Origin: Girardia tigrina | Lineage: Eukaryota | DNA: 57,909 nucleotides | Direction: 5' to 3' | NCBI GenBank assembly: GCA_001938485.1 | Contig: MQRK01197785.1 | Span: 1 to 57,909 of the forward strand | Part shown: in pieces, positions 52,773 through 57,909 of the stretch | Layout of the letters: every line of letters begins with the position of its first letter | How positions within the stretch are numbered: the stretch's first letter is position 1 | The notes under the pieces: model-generated | Databases searched by the model: none | Seen by the model: the letters and a program-made list of their open reading frames with translations, nothing else | What the model was told of the DNA's origin: nothing | Program-made: the position numbers and the translations under genes

Positions 52773-54899
52773 TATATAGAAAGTAAGTTAATAAAAAAAA
52801 TGGCAAAATTGTTAGTAAAAAATTTTAGCATTAAAGTGTTGTTAATTTTTTTAAAGTTACTTATTAATTTAAAATACAATATTACTATAATTTATTAAGT
52901 GTTTTTATAAAATGTTTTAATGTAAAAAGATTTTCATGAGTAAATTTCAGTTTTTCAAAGTAATAAAAGTTATTTAGTTTAATATATTACTACAATTTTA
53001 AAATATAAATATTAGTATTTTAAATGTATTATTTTACCATCAGAATTATGACAAATATTCTGTGTTAGATACAGGCTATCATTTAATTTTGTACGTTTAA
53101 AATTTGTTCTATTAATGGATGATCAAAGTCATGAATTTTAGTGAATTAATAAATAATTACTTTCACCATTTTAGTATTAAATAAAGTTTCAAGTTTTGAA
53201 GTTATATATATTTGAATAACTTTTTTTATATTATTAATATTTATTTGAAATATTTTCTTTTTGAAAACAATAAATTAATAAAAACAATTTAATGCAACAT
53301 AGTTTCTTTTCCTTATAGATGTTTACTTATTCATTTTGTTTATATCCATAAGTAATGTACTTCATTTAGACCGTATATATTTTATTTATTATTACCTACA
53401 AAATACAAAAAATATTTATAAAAGAATATCATATATAATTTAACATTTATTTTTCACAATTTTTAATGGAAAATTTAATAATTTTCGCATGAAAAATGGG
53501 CGATCTTGGTGTGAACTTGTCGTTGTTTATGTAACTCTCATGTTTGTAATAAATTAAAAACCTAAATGCAACCATATATAAACTGATTTTACATTCATTT
53601 AGTTTTTCAATGGGTCACACTTCTTTATAAAATTAGTTTCTTCGTTTTGAAAATCTGAAATCTTTAATTACAATTGATTAAAAAACAAAACTCATTATAA
53701 TAAGTTAGTTAAGATTTTATCTCACCAAATAATTCATTTGGAAAATTCAAATTTCATAATTTGATTTTAAAAATTAAAAACAACTAAATTCGAAATACCC
53801 AAACACGATATAAATGCAACTAACATTAAAAAATAGAAATTTTATAATCTAATGATAATTTATTGAAAATATTTCTTAGTTAGAATGATAAAATATAGCG
53901 ACACTTCCTTTATAAAATATGTGAATTATTGATGCTGGCTATCCAGAATTCTGGTACATTATATTCAATAAAAGAATGGAGTTTATTATTTTATCATAAT
54001 GAATTCCGTCTCTGAATTAACGAAACTTTCTAAAGGTATATTTAGTTAGTTTTTTAACTAATTTCTAAAATATACCTAATAGTATGTTTAAAACAAGCAA
54101 TGAATGACTTAGGTCTTTTATGGATTTAACATTAGTTTTCTTAAGAAAGGACAAAGATGTTAAAGTAAATTTTAAAAATTTAGCTGACTTTTTAGGAAAG
54201 GTTTTAAAGAACAAGACAGAATGTGTACTTCTATCAATTTTGTAACAGTAGAAAGTCGCAAATATTTTTGTTTATCCATTTTGTCAATTAGTTTTTCAAA
54301 GAAAACTTTCAGCAACTTTTTAAATACGGATATTTTACTAAATATATTACTATTTTAATAACGTATTTAGAAATTTTTAAAATTAGTAGCCTTTAATTAT
54401 AGGGATTTTCGAGTAAATTCATAATTTTTACAAGCAATTTAATGACAAAAAATAAAATTTTTTACTTATAATTAATATACGTTGATATGTCAATCAACAT
54501 TTGTTTTAGTTCCGTGACAATTTCGTAAAGACAATTGCATAAATCAAAATTTATAACTTAAAAATGGATAATTTTAAGGGATAACCTTAACCCTAATGCC
54601 TAACCTCTACACAATTGTGTATTACATAATTATATTTCCGTAATTATCTGGTCATAAAAGCACTTTTAAACTTAAAATGCATTTAATAAAAGTGATCATT
54701 TCAAATATTTTAACAATCTAAGCAACACAAATCATTTCTTGTACCTTGAAAAAATGGTGGAACCGTTATTCAAACGTGATAAATTCTCAAAGAAGATACT
54801 TTTGTTTGTCTCGTAGAATTTTGAAAGCACAATTAACTTCAAGCTCCTCCCATAATATCAAAATATCGACGCTGACATCTATTTCACCTAACTGGATCA

Positions 54900-55166
54900 T
54901 ATATATATATATATGTATCCATGGAATTTAGAAACCTGTTTTTGAAGCCTTTTACTCAATCGATTTTCTTCAAACTTTGCACAGTTACTCATTCGATGAC
55001 AATAAATGTTTATGTAAAAATTTGATCGAAAAAAACTTATTAAGATTCCAAAATTGGAAAAAAAACGGAAAATTCAGAGTTCCCGAACAATATTAATTGC
55101 AATATATTTACTTATAAATTATAAGTTGTTTATATAAAAAAAAATTTAATTTTTTGATTTACTAGT
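54900..55166 (-). repeat. Family A copy, reverse orientation
   Basis: Reverse complement of the family A core, ending GATTTACTAGT. Confidence 0.8.
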
Positions 55167-56598
55167 TATTTAAAAAATCTTAAAGTACTTTTGATTCCCC
55201 CTAATAAAACTAAGAAACAAATTATATCATTATTTATTTTAAATTAATTAATAAAAAATTTTAAAATAATTCAAAAATTATCAAAGTATATTTTAAAATA
55301 AAATACAGCATTAAATTGAAACAAAAGACTTTACAGGCATATAAATTTATATTATACAATGTATAATTAACATTTAACAATTTTTTTTAATTTTGTGATT
55401 TATTTTTGTAATTTCTTTGAATAATTTTAAATAAATAGAGGATATAATTTGAATATTATAGTAAAAATTTTTTATCACTATTTATTTTAAATTATTCAAG
55501 GAAATTACATAAATAAAGAACAAAACATAAAAAAGAAATATAGAAAACAATAAGTTTTTAATTAAGATATGAAAACTCTATAAACAACATAAATTATACC
55601 ATTCAAAACATCATATCAACAACAATTCCTCACAATTTCAAAAAACAATGTGGCAGTGATAGTGAAAGTAAATCACATCCTTTAACAATCAATAATATAT
55701 ATATCAGCTATAAATATTATTCTATATTAGCTATACCAATTATTCTTTCTGTATATTCTCCATAAAGCACTGTTAACTTAACTAGAGTATTAAAAGTTCG
55801 GTAAATGCATCCAGGAAGAAAATGTTATTTTTCTTTGCAAATCAGTCTTCAACAAACTCTTGGATGTGATGACCACCATTACAATTTTTTCTATGCTCTT
55901 CCTTTTCAAGTATGTAAATAAATAAATGTTCGAAGGATACATTTTAGAGCTATAATGTAGACAAACAAGAGAATTGAAGTCGTAGTGTCAACAAGCAACC
56001 GAATTAGAGAGTTCCTTACTTTTTTATATCTTTTTTCTGTCTATATTGGATGGGTAATGAAAAATCCCTTTGACATGAAATTGATATGAATAACATTTCT
56101 TTGATTTCATAACACAGACAGCATCAAATAATTCAATGCGAAAGTCTGGATTTCTAATTCGCCGAGGTTTTCACCTATATCTGGTCACTCTTTTGAGTCA
56201 CACTTGATATTTTATAAATAGCGAGTCTGATTATTTATCTCCTCAGTAAAAATGTTAATATAAACTGGTCACCATAACTGTCAAAAAGTCCATGTTGGCA
56301 GCCGTGCATTGTACACATTGTTGTCTCATTCATGATGTAAAAATATTTATAATAAATAACCGGATAATAAATAATAATATACATTCATATATACATACAT
56401 TTATATCATTGCTTGTTTTGTTTGAAGATTTTTATTAAGTATCAAGTTAAATAAAGTTTATAGAAAAGATTAAGTAAAATAAAAATATTTTTTTCGATCT
56501 TAATTTAAGGATTAAATGAAGTATTATGTTGTTTTGAGACCGAAATTTAAAAAGTATTTTAAAAGAATTATCTTGTTTTTAAGTTAAATTCAATTAAG

Positions 56599-56772
56599 AT
56601 TTAATTCGTTCTGTCGGCAAGGTTAGTGAAAAGGAAATGGATTGTGTTATAACATCACCGAACGGAAGCCGTTTAATTGATCCGGATTATTATTTTCTTT
56701 CCGAAAACTCCCAATCTACTCCATATATTGTCGAGTTCATTCCTCGCCAATCTCAAACAATTCATTCCAAAG
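56599..56772 (+). CDS. Probable internal exon of a PDE9-like cGMP phosphodiesterase N-terminus ((D)LIRSVGKVSEKEMDCVITSPNGSRLIDPDYYFLSENSQSTPYIVEFIPRQSQTIHSK)
   Basis: GC-richer open frame ending in an AAG|GTAAAT donor; IDP...NS..TPY.V resembles the PDE9A N-terminal IDPTMPANSERTPYKV as recalled; the acceptor (aag) is weak. Confidence 0.45.
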
Positions 56773-57299
56773 GTAAATTTTTAAATATATATATTTTTTA
56801 AATAATAGAAATCTACATATTCACATTCAGTTAGATGTATATTTAAGATGCTTACACGTTCTTAAGTTGTCAAACTTTAAAGTTTTCAAACACTGTCAAA
56901 AGACTCTTTAAAATCAATATTTTGGGTAAACCTCTAAATCAACAGAGTCCAGCTTTTTCTATGAAGATATGAATAAAAGTATAAGTGTTTGCATTCATGA
57001 TGATAAATATTGAAAAAAATTTATTCAAGAATATTCCATCATGTTAATATCTTTCTGTCGTAGAATACAGCAGAAAATATTTTTATTATGTTTTAAAATT
57101 TCATTAACAGATTTGAAAAGGTTTTTTATTGCAAAAAGCACAAAAATGAAATATTATATATATAATGATTGAATTAATTAAGATATTTCTGAAATCTTTA
57201 TTTCCGTGTTCTATTTAACAGAAACTTCACATAAATTTCCTTCCAAATAAGTCGTGAGACTAATATAGAAAGACTTAAGATATCAACACCACTTTTTAT

Positions 57300-57632
57300 T
57301 TAGAGCAAGCATGGTAAATAGGCATCATTTCTCAAAATAATTTCCATGTGCACTGACACAATTTTCCCAGCGAATAACGAGGTTTCAAAAAGTGGGTTTA
57401 AAGAATTCTGGAGGTTTTTCTCCAGGAAAACTGTTCACAGCAGCTCTCAAATCCTGTTTGTTGGCAAACACCTGGCACCGCAGATGCTTCTTAAGATGGT
57501 TAAACAGGAAAAAATCATAGTGAGCCAAATTGGGGCTGTATGGTAGATGAGGGAGCAAATCGACCCCACAACGCTCAATTGTGGCCATGGAAACGCTGCT
57601 GGTGTAGATTGGAGCATTATCGTGTAAAGATA
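57300..57632 (-). mobile_element. Mariner transposase C-terminal fragment, truncated at a GC-rich insertion
   Basis: LHDNAPIY...HLPYSPNLAHYDFFLFNHLKKHLR. Confidence 0.85.
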
Positions 57633-57634
57633 TA

Positions 57635-57909
57635 CTGTATGAGTAGGGGAAAAATGAGAGTTCTGGACCACCCCCCCCGGGGGGGGTGTAACTAGTTACC
57701 GTGGTTGCCATGGCAACGGTCGCGGTTACCATGGCAACGGTCGCGGTTACCATGACAACGGTCGCGATCACCATAGCAACGGTCGCGGTTACCATAGCAA
57801 CGGTCGCGATCACCTTGGCAACGCTTCCGATTGGCCGCCCGGTTCCCTAGCAACGGTCGCGATCACCTTGGCCTAGGCAGCAACGCTTCTGATTGGTCGA
57901 CGGTTCCCT
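57635..57909. repeat. GC-rich element with a C8G8 palindrome and a 21-bp minisatellite of RFX X-box motifs; continues past the window end
   Basis: GTTGCCATGGCAAC at 57704 and variants at 57725, 57746, 57767, 57788, 57809, 57842; GATTGG at ~57829 and ~57891. Confidence 0.85.

Noticed and set aside
57385-57813. 142-aa ORF with (VAMVTAT)n repeats fused to mariner motifs
   Set aside because: Chance read-through of a 21-bp repeat into a mariner fragment; no evidence of a real fusion protein
57704-57909. CRISPR array or telomeric repeat
   Set aside because: No unique spacers, no cas genes, eukaryotic context, and the unit is not TTAGGG-like

Overview
AT-rich eukaryotic genomic DNA with several N gaps. 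The 51-56 bp GT-AG introns and the transposon repertoire suggest an invertebrate, plausibly a dugesiid planarian (inference). Host genes: (1) the 5' seven coding exons of an adenylate kinase 5-like gene on the minus strand (ATG at 18848; Dpy-30/RIIa-type docking domain, a first and probably degenerate AK domain, and the start of a second AK domain running off the left edge); (2) one plus-strand exon at 56599-56772 resembling the PDE9 N-terminus. The rest is mostly decayed mobile DNA: mariner, DD41D, Tc1, maT-like, MULE, Merlin and piggyBac DNA transposons, Helentron/DINE-1-like non-autonomous repeats, solo LTRs, a gag with three zinc knuckles, a Penelope 3' end with a hammerhead motif, and RLE-type non-LTR relics. 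Most unusual: (a) a 21-bp-period array of RFX X-boxes plus CCAAT boxes in an element that abuts a mariner at the right edge; (b) four divergent copies of an RT-less C2H2 zinc-finger ORF with a covarying structured 3' tail, three of them co-terminal; (c) a hairpin-CCCAT terminus shared by several otherwise unrelated structured islands; (d) a perfect 109-bp inverted copy of gag flanked by a 7-bp direct repeat.
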